From the NCBI GenBank assembly GCA_964016885.1, contig OZ024741.1, positions 387,686,001 to 387,750,000 on the forward strand: 64,000 nt of DNA. The letters run 5' to 3'. The position numbers and the translations under genes were made by a program. Source of the DNA: Eledone cirrhosa. Taxonomy: Eukaryota. Below, in pieces: positions 55,404 through 64,000 of the stretch. The notes beneath the pieces are model-generated. The model had not been told where the DNA came from, searched no databases, and saw nothing but the letters and a program-made list of their open reading frames with translations. Numbering within the stretch: the first letter of the stretch is position 1; every line of letters starts with the position of its first letter.

Positions 55404-58400
55404 GTTTAGTGGTTCACCACTGGATATAATTAGTCATTCCATATAGTTAACCATGATGTAATAAGAAAAGCACTCAACATTGATGTTCAATCCTCTGGGT
55501 GGCGCGCGAATGGAGTTAAATATAAGTTTGATTAAAATGACAGGAGGCCAGATTGGTGAAGTTCCCTTAAAGTTTTATTGATGCAAAACCACTATATATA
55601 TTTCATTGGCCTGGTTACATAAGATCCTGGTGACATCATCAGGTGTGTATTGCATAATTAGTTAATCAATAAAGGAATTACGGCAAACACAAACAGACCA
55701 TCTCCGAATGGAGAGGGTCTACAGCAACAATAACACCTACTTCACAGTCCATCCCTGAATCAAATATTTTCTCTGTTTATGTTTGCCGTAATTCCTTTAT
55801 TGAGTAACTAATTATGCCATATGCATCTGATGATGTTGCCAGAATTTTACGTAACCAGGCTTTTGAAATATGTATAGTGTTTTTGCAATAAAACTTTAAG
55901 GGAACTTCACCAGTCCGGCCTCCTTTTATTTTAATCAAATTAATATTTAACTCCATTCCTGCATCACCCACAGGATTCAACATCAATGATGGATGAGTTG
56001 TTTAATCTATACGGTTATCTATACGCAATGACTAGCTCTATCCAGTTGTAAACCACCAAACTTAAATACATATATACACAGAGTGAGAGAGAGAGAGAGA
56101 TGAATGGATGGATGTGTGTGTATGTCCCAGTTATGCATGTAGAACTAAAACTTTGAGTGGATAATGATATTGGACGACCAACTTCGTCTGTTCAAATCTA
56201 TTGGAGGTGTTTTAATATTTATTTCAACAATTGACATAACACTCTCTTTCCCCCCTCAGTTCACCTAACCATCAGAGTAGGTGTCAGGTTGTCTTCAAAT
56301 GTTAACTAGGTGAGACCAACATTCTGTTCATCCAGCGACAAGAGAAATATCTTTTTCTGTTCTACTTAAAACCAACGAACTGAAGCTTTGACATCAGCCT
56401 ATTAGTATGTGATACTTCCATGTAGTTTTTACCCCTTTCATGTTCATATTTCTAACAAGAATATACAGCCATTATGTTTTACTTATCAATGAAGTCAAGA
56501 TTTATGAGAAGTTTAATGAAATAACTAACGTTCATCTTAATAAAAGACAAATATTTAACTACTGAAATTATCAAATATTATCTGAGATTTCAGTTCAAGG
56601 TTTAAGTTTAGATATGAATACTTTCATAGAGGTGGTTAGAGGATGGGCGGATATTGATGCTGTCAGTACTAGAAAATAATCTTATTACAAAAATGACAAC
56701 TTCATAAATTTCAATTTTTAAAATACTTATCTTCTTGCCCAACCCATTTTATCCCCCCAAAAAAGACAAATAAAAGAACAAAGAAATTAAATAACTAGAT
56801 AAATTTTGTATTAATTGGCACTAACTATGAAATATAAAAAAATCTATTAGTGTCTAAATATGTTTGAAAGCAGAGGCAATAGAGAGAAGTTCCAGCTAGT
56901 TTCTGTCAAAAAAATCTCCACACGGTTTAACCCTTTAGCATTTAAACTGTATCTGGCTAGAATTCTCTCATCTCTTTCTGTTCAAACTAGCTGTAACTAG
57001 CTGCTCATACTGACATTAAGGTATTGTTCTCAAAATAAATAACATCAAAATCTCATAGATTCGATATTATGAGAAATAATTATGTAAGATAAAGCCTTTA
57101 CCACAAAAATACAATAGTATATATAGAGTAATGTGAATGCTAAAGGGTTAAATACACAAGTCTCCGATATGCAAATCGCTAAATGTCAACAGAAAGGCAC
57201 CCAGGTGTCATGACCTCAATGTGGCTTACCCTCTTAGAGTCTTAAAAAGTTAAGAGCTTAAACACTTGTTTGAAGTGGGTAGTTTCTTCTCTAAGACCTT
57301 CTGCTGTCCAGTTCTCCTGAGAGTTTTTTACCACTATATTACTAGTTGAAAAATGAATACCAGTTGTATTTCATTATAGTTAGTTAACACGTTCTGAATT
57401 CTTATCCCATGAAGGCCAAACTTTACTTTCATTACTTTTGGGGGTCAATAAATAATAAAGTACCAATATAATTAGGCCCCATCTCCTCCAAATTGCTGGC
57501 CTTATGCCTAAATTAGAAATCATTATAGCAGACTAAACATCTGACATAAAACATGACCAGCAACTTATAAAAATATGTGACATTCTACATAACCAATCTT
57601 TACCAATGTAAAGGGAGCATTGAATTTTGTAAAAGAAATTATACTAATGATTGGTGTATGGTAAAGTTAGTAAAACTTGTGGACAAAATACCTTGTGGTA
57701 TTTGTTTACATTGTTTTATGTTCTGAATTTAAGCTTTGCCCAGATGGATTTTGTCTTTCACCCTCCCAGGGTCGATAATATAAGTAGACATCTAAAGGTT
57801 CTGGTTTCAATATAGTTGATTATCACAAGGTGACTTGAGTGTCACACATTGCAGCATTCATTCTGTCTCTTAGTTCTCTTGAGTTCAAATCCTACCCAGG
57901 TCAACTTTGCCTTTTATCATTTCAGGGTTAATAATGTACCGATTCTGTACTGGGGTCAATCCCCCCTCCCAACACACACACACACACACTTTCTTTCTCT
58001 CTCAAAAACCAGGAAATCAACTCCATGAGGCATAGGAGAGGGATAGGCTGCCCCAGGTTTAGATGCCTAAGACACACCATAGGCCATGACAGTGTCCCTA
58101 CAACTCCAACAATTGAGGATCCATTGCAAGATATATCTTGCCTATGCCTTTAGAGGTGATTTCACCAGCATGGCCTACAAGTCCAATAACTGAAACCAGT
58201 AAAACAATGGCTTAAATGACATCTTGTAGGGAAGAAATTTTCATCGACCAAAGGCTGCAATTTACCATATAACATTGAAATGAATCAGTAAAAAAAGTCT
58301 CAATTTAATTATAAAAAGATAAGCTTTCTGATTTCAAACACTGCTGATTGTAGAAATATCATTCGAATCCTGGACTGGGTTGCATGTTATATTCTTTACA

Positions 58401-59573
58401 AAAGCCTTCATTTCCCGTTGCTCCAGTTTACTCAGCTGAAAGTGTGTAACAGCAGTAGCTGGAGGTTTATCCCTGTGATGGACTGGCGTCCTGTCTCGAG
58501 GAGAGTCTTGTACTTTCAGTCACTTAATGCCACTGAAACCGGAATAAGTACTGGACTGATGAGCCTTCGGTATCCAGACAGACTTTAGGCTTTTAGATTG
58601 TTGAAAATAAATTCTGAAATCATTTATGGTGTTTATCTAATTGGTAAGCTGAGTAGAAGGTAAGCTACTTGGTGAGTGAAGTCTGCTGCTGTTCTTGGAC
58701 TTCTTCATATAGCTCTTTACTTTTGATGAAGAATTTTGAGGGATTTACTAAAGTTATTAATTATTTCATTACTAAGATAATATTTGTAATATAGCTTTAC
58801 AAATGGTTCTGGTATAAAATTATGTTGGAAGAGTTTAATTTAAATAGGAACCTTTTAAAATGGATGGTTTTGTTTTATAGAACTAGAGCTGGTTTTGATT
58901 GAGTTAGTATGAAAAGGGTTAAATATAACAAGTGTCAGTTCTGCTTTCTTTTAAAAATCTCACATTTCATTTCTACCTGGTGAGTGCTTCGCAGGAAAAA
59001 ATTCACTAGAAAGTATTGTTACAGTTACAGTAAGAGGTATCTAGATAAAAGATATATTTTTGGAAATAGAAAAAGTCTTGACAAATTCTATTTAAATATA
59101 GTTATGTGGTGGGGACAAAATGTTTACACTAACTTAACTAGTGTTTTTTTAATACATATAGCATCTCTGAATTCCTTATTCCCTGATTAAATGTAGTTCA
59201 ACTACAATCTTTAAATGTATGTTTAATTCATAAATGTTTAAAACACTGAAATTGCCCTGATTTTCTGTGTAGCTTGTGCTTGTTCAAATAAATATATCTT
59301 GAAAAAAAAGCAGCCATAACTAAAGTTCATATACGCTTATGTACTAGTTCCTTCAAGCATACCACACTTTTCTAAAGTCTTAATCTGCTGCACTATGGCT
59401 GCCCCATCTCAACCTATGTACCGTTCTTTATTGCAGTGGTACTTCTCTGTATTGGTGAGAGTTATTTTTTTTAATCTTTTTTTTTTTTATTTTCCAATGT
59501 CTGTGCTAGCCATTTATCCAGTTATATCACGACTGGCAGTTCTATCTCCTCCTCCTACTACTTACTACAATGT

Positions 59574-59608
<35 letters not shown>

Positions 59609-61270
59609 TGCTGCTGCTACTACTTCTATATATATTATCTGCACAAAATGTTTGTATTTTAATAAAGATTGACTATTTACATTAAGCCTCTAAAAGAAGA
59701 TTTCATAATTTTATTTTATTTTTCAACTAAATAAGTGGAATATAGAAATTTTTGTAATAAAAACCATCTGTGTGTAATGTTTGATGTTGTATTGCATGGT
59801 GTTGACAATTCACAGCTATGTTTATACTTGAACAACTACTACTATTGTAAAGAGATGTCAACATTGTATCAACACTGATAGACTATCTACATTTCTTTCA
59901 CTTTCTTTCACTTTCTTTTTGTTTTTAACTATTTGGTTGTGTATCTTGTGTGTTCTTGGTTTGTTGCTCATGTTTGTACTACCTCACATGTAAAGACAAT
60001 CTCCTACAACTATTCTATGATTGGATTTTTTGACCTCTAAGGTCTACATCTAATGACATGCTACAATGGAAGTGAAACTTAAGGAACAGTTCACCCCATG
60101 GTTCCAGCTGACATGATGGCAAAGACATTGCCTCGAGAATGGCAAAAGAGATGCACTGGAGCAGCCACTCCACTTTGTGGATAGCCAGCTATGCTCTGAT
60201 AGCAGTGAGCAGGGATGTGGACCACAGGCCAAGAAAGCTTGAAGTCTACACTGCCACAATCTTGACCACAAACTTATCAGAGAGCTGCTAATACTTCGAC
60301 AGTTTACCCTCTTCTCTGACATTTTGGTTAGAATGTTGAACTCACAATCATAAAGTTGTGGGTTTGATTCCTGGACCAGACAGCCCATTGTGTTCTAGAG
60401 CAAGATGCTTCATTTCATTTCACTTTATTTTTCATAACAGGACTGGGGCCCCTATCATTAAAACATCCCAAAACCTTCTATGAAATACAACCTCATAGGA
60501 GTACAGCTAAACCTGTGATTGATGATGTTCCAATCATAACCAACCCGTCTTTTTGTATATCTACAACTCCACTGTACACAACAATGTCTCCATTTTTTTA
60601 AAACTCTCCCTGAGAATTGCATTCAGGGTAACTTGCTCATTAATTCCATGAGCAGGGTGTGATCTGTTGATGAAACAACTGGAGCACTTGTCATCAGAAC
60701 TAATGGGGGTCCAGTTACATGTATGTATATATGTGTGTGTTTGTGTATGATGTATGTGTATGTATGATGTATTTATATAAGCATGGATGTATATGAATGT
60801 GTGTGTATGTATGTGTGTATATATGTATGTATTTATATGTATGTGTGTCTGTGTGTGTGTATGTATGTGAGTATGTACGTGTGTATGTATGGATGGATAT
60901 ATGAGCTGGCAAATAAATGGAGGTATGATCAAATGGTTGAGAAGTTGTTTTTGCAATTATGAGGTCCCATGTTTGAATCCACCCTGCATGGCATGTTGAT
61001 CAGGTGTTATTTACCATCGGATCAACCAAATCCTTGTGTGTAAAATTAGGCAGACAGAAGCTGTTGAGAAGTCCATCATTGTACCTGTAATTCAAAGGTC
61101 CAGCCTTGTTACATTTTGTCATGCTGATTTTGATTGAAGGCTATGTTCAGGGTACACATGTCTGTGGCATACTTAACTACTTATACATTAATTCAGTGAG
61201 TTGGCCATTCCATTGATAACAAAATTAAGATACTCATTGTTGAAACTCATAGCAATCCATTAAATGTATG

Positions 61271-61318
<48 letters not shown>

Positions 61319-63330
61319 TGTACTATTTAGATGGCTGTTGACTCTGCTGAGTTCCTCCGCCCTTTCCCCACCTGGGAGTGAAAGGCCCCCAGTTGTTGTC
61401 ACAACACCTTTCTAGGAGAGGGAAACTCTGAAAAAAAAACCTGCGGCTTCGGAAGCATCCGATGATGTTGACCAGTTTTTCTTTTCGGGTAGTATTTTCG
61501 ATGCTCAGAGAGTGGGATTAGTCGAGTGCAAGGCCTTTCCTCACTTAAAAAACCTTCAAAGTACAGGCATTGCTTTTTCAGGATATGTTCCAGGTTTGTA
61601 TGTCTGGCCTTAGCCTAAAAGTGCACCAAACTCTATCTGACTCTAACCTGACAAGCAATTGCAATACTCTTAGCAGAGTTTGCAGCCATCATGTATGTAT
61701 GCAATGTATGGATATATATATATATATTTATGTGTGTGTGTGTGTGTGTATTTATGCGCTGTATGTATGTATATATATGCTCATGAATGTTTTATTTATT
61801 AAAAATCTTATTTTCTATTTTTTGTTTTCATTTCTAGATGAAAATTTGATTTTTTTTTTATTGCACGTGTTTTATGTTTTGGTTTATGTTGTTTGTGCAA
61901 GTCTTTGCATGTCATTAGACTACATAATTATCATAAAATTTGTATTTATTAATTAGCAATTAATTAGAGTCCAACTTTCTGCTTTAGCATTGTTTGTCTT
62001 TTAATTAATTTCCAATAATATATACACATTGCTGAGTTGATTTTCTTTCTCAAGTAATTTCTGCCAATTACATCTAAACTGTTACTTGAATTTTTAATGA
62101 TTTTTATACATAGTATTTGATTCAGAAGGCACACAGCTTCGTGGTTAGAGAACTGGATTCACAATTGTAGGGTTGCGAGTATGATTCCCAGACTGAATGA
62201 TGCATTATGTCCTTGAGCAAGACATTTTATTTCATGTTGCTCTTTCTGCCAAGGGTTGCAACCAGTAGATAGTATCAGCAATGGAAAGACCAATGGAAAC
62301 CATTGTTTCCTCGGTCCGATTTGATGAGCTCCACCACACTCATTAAGTGAATGAGGTCTGGGATCTTGTTGATGAATTCCTTCTTTCTTTTTATTTGATT
62401 GTCTGATTTTGGCTGTAAGGGATCCATTGCCATGGTCCATTCCTGCTCACATTTAGATGTTCTGAAGTTTGACACCAAATCACGATATCCTTTCATTTAT
62501 TTATTTATTTTGCAATAATGTTTACAAAAATACACTTGTTTATCTTTTTTTGTTGTTGTTGTTTACTTAAAGATAAGGCAACTTTGCATAAAGCTTTGTT
62601 TGATTTCACTGTGTGTGTAAAAAAATATTCTTTTTAACTTCTTCTAAGAAGGGAAATGTATATCTTCTGTTTGTTTTAAGAAAACTGTACAAAGCTACTA
62701 TTATCAGTTTCCTGAGTAATCATGTTTTGTCTTGAGTTTTATATTTTTTGAAAATGTCTTATTATATATAATCTCTTCAGTTGTAAAGATAAAATTTAAC
62801 AGCAAAATAAAATTTGAATGATAACATTTTTATCAAAAAAACAAACAAAATGTTCTAGTCAGTAATCTGAAGTAACTCCCAGTATTACCATTTTTTTTAT
62901 TGTAAATTTAAAAAATTAAAATAAAGCAAGCTTTAATATCAGTTAATTTGATTTTCGATTGGAATATAATAATTCAATAAGTAAATAAATGTACATTTAA
63001 ACATTTCATTGTAAACATACTTTATAAAAATATATCAGAAAAAATTTCACTTAAAATTTACTTGACAATACTCCAGAGCATTGAATAACGAATGTTAGAA
63101 GATTTAGTCATATTTGAAATGCTTAAATTATCCGACATATTTTATATTTTAGTCTAAAAGAGGCAGCATAGACACATCATTTGATGTCGATTGGCACAAT
63201 AAAGCCCCACCTGGAAAACAGCAGAAATTTTTGGTAATTGGCCGAAATGTTGAAGAGTGGTCAGCTTCTGTTGACCACTCTACAGCAAGTGAGGGAAATG
63301 AGGATAGTCCTTTTGGACATTCTCATCGAG
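1798..63330 (+). CDS. SZT2: SZT2 (KICSTOR complex subunit) orthologue, internal portion; 26 exons, partial at both ends
   Basis: 26 AG/GT-bounded exons with compatible phases, 3,998 nt in total, with no in-frame stop. Blocks recalled as SZT2-like: [139 protein letters not shown]. Confidence 0.92.
2905..3250 (+). mobile_element. tRNA-derived SINE
   Basis: TGGCTTAGTGGTTAGAGC A box and GAGTTCAATTTCC B box; same head as 7866, 19516, 28683 and 62125. Confidence 0.75.
3672..3720 (+). CDS. SZT2: SZT2 exon 2
   Basis: tttcag|CAG...AATG|gtaggt; [16 protein letters not shown]; phase 0 to 1, needed to link exons 1 and 3; NAGNAG acceptor. Confidence 0.75.
4620..5690 (-). mobile_element. RTE-clade LINE RT remnant
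   Basis: Minus-strand fragments [30 protein letters not shown] and LLYVDDL. Confidence 0.75.
6001..6270 (+). CDS. SZT2: SZT2 exon 3
   Basis: tttcag|AT...CTGG|gtaagg; DSNGKG...[13 protein letters not shown]...STLPTCL. Confidence 0.92.
7174..7354 (+). CDS. SZT2: SZT2 exon 4
   Basis: tcacag|CC...AAGG|gtatgt; EITSHLTDK...[12 protein letters not shown]; phase 1 to 2. Confidence 0.9.
7765..7865 (+). pseudogene. U6: U6 snRNA retrocopy, lacking the first ~6 nt
   Basis: GCTACAGCAGTACATATTCTAAAATTGGAATGATACAGAGAAGATTAGCATGGCCTCTGCGCAAGGATGACACGCAAATTCGTGAAGCGTTCCATATTTTT matches metazoan U6 nt ~7-107 (ACAGAGA box, AGC triad, ISL) with about 5-6 substitutions; the 5' stem is broken and it sits between repeats. 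Confidence 0.93.
7866..8250 (+). mobile_element. tRNA-derived SINE with RTE-type 3' tail
   Basis: A box TGGCTTAGTGG and B box GAGTTCAATTC, central CCTTGAGCAAGACACTT, then the tail shared with RTE copies (GGAAGGGCATCCAGC...GGACGTAAAA(ATG)n). Confidence 0.8.
8840..9930 (-). mobile_element. RTE-clade LINE 3' fragment
   Basis: [26 protein letters not shown] plus the reverse complement of the family 3' UTR. Confidence 0.8.
9935..10080 (-). mobile_element. Tc1/mariner-superfamily transposase fragment
   Basis: [44 protein letters not shown] resembles the segment between the catalytic aspartates of Tc1/mariner transposases. Confidence 0.7.
10366..10438 (+). CDS. SZT2: SZT2 exon 5
   Basis: tttcag|T...GAG|gtaaat; [24 protein letters not shown]; phase 2 to 0. 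Confidence 0.85.
10470..13652. repeat. Minisatellite of ~78 units of 41 bp and 37 bp, each with an internal inverted repeat
   Basis: (R)AATCTTTCATTACAATATTTCTACTGAAAGACTCTTTATT (41 bp) and AAATCTTTCATTAYAATATTTCTAAKGAAAGACTGCT (37 bp). Confidence 0.97.
13885..14740 (+). mobile_element. RTE-clade LINE RT/C-terminal remnant
   Basis: [54 protein letters not shown]; interrupted by stops and frameshifts. Confidence 0.85.
15660..16612 (-). mobile_element. RTE-clade LINE 3' fragment (relatively young)
   Basis: ORF 16126-16488 [20 protein letters not shown]...RRLRWYGHV...GRPRKTW; (ATC)n tail at ~15665. Confidence 0.88.
17141..17332 (+). CDS. SZT2: SZT2 exon 6
   Basis: tttcag|ATT...GAA|gtaagt; [18 protein letters not shown]...[16 protein letters not shown]. 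Confidence 0.93.
17690..18060 (+). mobile_element. RTE-clade LINE 3' fragment (short-tail subfamily)
   Basis: [18 protein letters not shown]...; ends in (ATG)n. Confidence 0.8.
19119..19336 (+). CDS. SZT2: SZT2 exon 7
   Basis: ttgtag|GAA...TCG|gtaagg; [22 protein letters not shown]; phase 0 to 2. Confidence 0.9.
20293..20505 (+). CDS. SZT2: SZT2 exon 8
   Basis: atttag|G...GCGG|gtatgt; [12 protein letters not shown]...LKRSSSFG; phase 2 to 2. Confidence 0.85.
21685..22226 (+). mobile_element. RTE-clade LINE 3' fragment
   Basis: [26 protein letters not shown], close reverse complement of 15670-16210. Confidence 0.88.
22921..23207 (+). CDS. SZT2: SZT2 exon 9
   Basis: ccacag|C...GAAG|gtcaga; Ser/Thr/Ala-rich [10 protein letters not shown]...ARHFSAP...SYTEE; phase 2 to 1. 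Confidence 0.85.
23883..24200. mobile_element. hAT-type MITE
   Basis: TIRs CAGGGGCGTGCAA / TTGCACACCCCTG; imperfect 8-bp flanks TTTTAGAG / CCTTAGAG. Confidence 0.65.
24260..24304 (+). ncRNA. Type-I hammerhead ribozyme-like motif (U3-A8 variant)
   Basis: CAATC-[TTGACAA]-AGGACAATAACCCA-[GAAA]-CAATATTG-TC-GGTTG; stem II is weak. Confidence 0.5.
24510..26447 (+). mobile_element. CR1-clade LINE, 5'-truncated, with intact RT ORF 24651-26171 and a duplicated 3' tail
   Basis: [71 protein letters not shown]; (ATT)n tails at ~26303-26320 and ~26433-26447. Confidence 0.93.
26472..26616 (+). CDS. SZT2: SZT2 exon 10
   Basis: ttacag|CT...CCAG|gtaagt; GYEGDSSDS...[20 protein letters not shown]. Confidence 0.93.
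26699..26900. mobile_element. mariner-type MITE
   Basis: TIR-like CAAGGCTCGGCTGAAAAGTTCATAGGCTGAC / GTCAACCTATGAACTTTTCAGCTGACCTTCG-TA. Confidence 0.7.
27390..27529. mobile_element. hAT-type MITE with 8-bp TSD
   Basis: TIRs CAGGGCCGGATTTA / TAAATGTGACCCTG; perfect TSD GGTACAGG at 27382-27389 and 27530-27537. Confidence 0.8.
28182..28275 (+). CDS. SZT2: SZT2 exon 11
   Basis: ttacag|G...CAA|gtcagt; KYKDVCV...MDTCKRVNQ. Confidence 0.9.
29482..29590 (+). CDS. SZT2: SZT2 exon 12
   Basis: tttcag|TTC...ACAG|gtcagt; [27 protein letters not shown]. Confidence 0.92.
31225..31389 (+). CDS. SZT2: SZT2 exon 13
   Basis: ttgtag|AT...ACTG|gtaaat; [32 protein letters not shown]. Confidence 0.93.
31759..31858 (+). 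CDS. SZT2: SZT2 exon 14
   Basis: ttgcag|GT...TAAG|gtaaga; [32 protein letters not shown]. Confidence 0.95.
32713..32789 (+). CDS. SZT2: SZT2 exon 15
   Basis: ttacag|A...TCAG|gtttgt; [25 protein letters not shown]; phase 2 to 1. Confidence 0.82.
33247..33402. repeat. (TA)n-type microsatellite; others near 29665-29712, 54872-54906, 55366-55397 and 61264-61322
   Basis: Directly visible simple repeats. Confidence 0.95.
33404..33848 (+). mobile_element. Short non-autonomous retroelement; second copy at ~61360-61692
   Basis: Two dispersed, highly similar copies, both embedded in (TA)n/(TATG)n; contain CTAGGA.AGGGAAACTCTGA..AAACC reminiscent of RTE 5' UTRs. Confidence 0.6.
34129..34178 (+). CDS. 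SZT2: SZT2 exon 16
   Basis: tttcag|AT...GAG|gttggt; [16 protein letters not shown]; phase 1 to 0, required for frame continuity. Confidence 0.75.
34374..34407 (-). ncRNA. Minimal hammerhead ribozyme-like motif
   Basis: Minus strand TT-[CTGATGA]-A-GGAC tggt GTCC-[GAAA]-CG-TT-AA. Confidence 0.55.
35664..35781 (+). CDS. SZT2: SZT2 exon 17
   Basis: caccag|GAA...GCAG|gtaagg; ESCRSLRD...[14 protein letters not shown]. Confidence 0.92.
36495..36752 (+). mobile_element. tRNA-derived SINE with Meta/MESC-like domain; copies also near 16620-16900, 22425-22680 (-) and 58350-58590
   Basis: Shared GGACTGGC.TCCTGTC..GGAG.AGTCTTGTACTCTCAGT..CTTAATGCCA..GAAACC.G...CTGATGAG block after a tRNA-like head; domain name from recall. 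Confidence 0.6.
37183..37307 (+). CDS. SZT2: SZT2 exon 18
   Basis: ttatag|GA...AGG|gtaaga; [41 protein letters not shown]. Confidence 0.95.
37840..38752 (-). mobile_element. Non-autonomous Helitron-like element
   Basis: Minus strand starts A|TCTGTATATATATAAAA and ends with hairpin ACCCAGGCAATGCTAGGT followed by CTGCTGCCAG|T (CTAG-like); internal ~150-200-bp repeats. Confidence 0.7.
39818..39982 (+). CDS. SZT2: SZT2 exon 19
   Basis: taacag|TTC...ATC|gtatgt; FIQRYKEKP...[18 protein letters not shown]. Confidence 0.93.
40365..40655. repeat. 48-bp minisatellite, ~5.5 copies
   Basis: TAGTATTGTTATATATAGTGTATGTTCCCACTAATATGTCTGTTACCA. Confidence 0.95.
41417..41498 (+). CDS. SZT2: SZT2 exon 20
   Basis: gtttag|GAC...AAAG|gtgagt; [27 protein letters not shown]. 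Confidence 0.88.
42379..42546 (+). CDS. SZT2: SZT2 exon 21
   Basis: ctttag|GA...TCTG|gtttgt; [18 protein letters not shown]...PAPRS. Confidence 0.9.
43108..44232. repeat. 36-bp minisatellite, ~31 copies
   Basis: T(G/A)TGAAGAGGTGCAGAGAT(A/G)AACAGACATATACATA. Confidence 0.97.
45048..45251 (+). CDS. SZT2: SZT2 exon 22
   Basis: ctgcag|GT...AAAG|gtatgt; [21 protein letters not shown]...[12 protein letters not shown]. Confidence 0.93.
45515..47015 (+). mobile_element. RTE-clade LINE remnant
   Basis: [15 protein letters not shown], decayed RT C-terminus, ~6 tandem 3'-UTR units, (GAT)n end. Confidence 0.82.
47475..47608 (+). CDS. SZT2: SZT2 exon 23
   Basis: tattag|TC...AAG|gtaaat; [13 protein letters not shown]...SSKENTK; phase 1 to 0. 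Confidence 0.8.
47740..47929 (+). CDS. SZT2: SZT2 exon 24
   Basis: gtaaag|GGG...TCAT|gtaagt; ...[27 protein letters not shown]. Confidence 0.88.
49218..50116 (-). mobile_element. CR1-clade LINE 3' fragment; short tails also at ~18795-18955 (-) and ~27025-27123 (+)
   Basis: ORF 49521-50096 [17 protein letters not shown]...[13 protein letters not shown] closely matches the C-terminal part of ORF 24651-26171. Confidence 0.92.
50341..54790 (+). mobile_element. Penelope-like retroelement (Neptune/Naiad-type): inverted pLTR, ORF1, RT, GIY-YIG, 3' pLTR
   Basis: ORF 51367-53286 has [53 protein letters not shown] and HP; it continues in frame past TAA as CxxxxCxxC...[19 protein letters not shown]...E..FI..Y.P.LN to ~53697 with one more TGA; 50341-50493 is the reverse complement of ~54571-54735. 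Confidence 0.93.
54631..54666 (+). ncRNA. Minimal type-I hammerhead ribozyme motif (U3-A8 variant); mirror copy at 50410-50445 (-)
   Basis: CTT-[TTGAAAA]-GCAG aagaa CTGC-[GAAA]-CCGG-TA-AAG in the PLE pLTR. Confidence 0.7.
55103..55296 (+). CDS. SZT2: SZT2 exon 25
   Basis: ttatag|CT...GCA|gtaagt; [25 protein letters not shown]. Confidence 0.9.
56931..57147. mobile_element. piggyBac-type MITE
   Basis: TTAA|CCCTTTAGCATT ... AATGCTAAAGGG|TTAA. Confidence 0.8.
63153..63330 (+). CDS. SZT2: SZT2 exon 26
   Basis: ttttag|TCT...CGAG|gtatga; SKRGSID...[13 protein letters not shown]. Confidence 0.9.
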
Positions 63331-64000
63331 GTATGATATCTGCTTTTGTTCAGGATTTCATTATATATGTCATTGAAATTTTGTTTGGCACAATATAATG
63401 GTTACTTGTTTTTAGCTCCAAGTCAGCCATCATCAAATAATGCATTCCAGCTATGACCATCCTGCTTTTTTGTACATCAATGTCCCTTCTTTTTTTGTAT
63501 ATCTATATAAAAAAAAACACAAAGTCCTCACCATATGGTGATCTGGTGCTACAACAACAAAGCACCCAATTCATCCTGCCTGTAAGATGGTTGTGTTGAT
63601 GACACAAAAAAAACACCCAGTCCACCCTGTAAGGTGTTTGATGGCACAACGAAAAGGCACCCAGTCCACATTGTAACATGGTTGGTACTAAGGACATCCA
63701 ACCATAGAAACCAAACCAAAATGCAGATCCATATGAGCAAGACATAGTCACCTGACTTGAATTCTCTCATAATGTGACAACTTGTCTAACCCATGCAAGC
63801 ATGGAAAAATATACATTAAACAGTGATGATGATGATATCTGATGTGTCCTTCTTTTTTTAAAGATAGTTGGGTATTATTTAAGGTAGGTTGGTCAAGTCA
63901 TTGGATAGAGGGTCCCTTGTGGGGTTGAAATGAATGCTAGCTGCACCTTGATACAACTTCTATATCTGCAATTAACTAAAACTTACCACAGTTTTCACCA

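Noticed and set aside
60040-60300. Coding-looking stretch as an extra SZT2 exon
   Set aside because: Stops occur in all frames, and DIASRMAK...[12 protein letters not shown] resembles a decayed RTE ORF2 C-terminus.

Overview
AT-rich, repeat-dense eukaryotic (metazoan) genomic DNA. The repeat landscape suggests an octopus or other coleoid cephalopod, but that is an inference. The whole window lies inside one large + strand gene, an SZT2 (KICSTOR subunit) orthologue. I traced 26 GT-AG exons from 1798 to 63330 whose phases join into one uninterrupted frame (3,998 nt, about 1,332 codons); the start and stop lie outside the window. The introns hold many RTE-type LINE remnants, two CR1-type LINE copies in opposite orientation (one with an intact 506-aa RT ORF), and a nearly complete Penelope-like element (RT plus GIY-YIG, inverted pseudo-LTR). 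They also hold tRNA-derived SINEs, hAT/mariner/piggyBac MITEs, a non-autonomous Helitron and three minisatellites. The most notable observations are a U6 snRNA copy fused to the 5' end of a SINE that ends in an RTE tail, several minimal hammerhead-ribozyme motifs (two with the compensatory U3-A8 core), a 3.2-kb palindromic minisatellite next to a splice donor, and candidate microexons. Repeat boundaries are approximate and family names come from motif recognition, not database searches.
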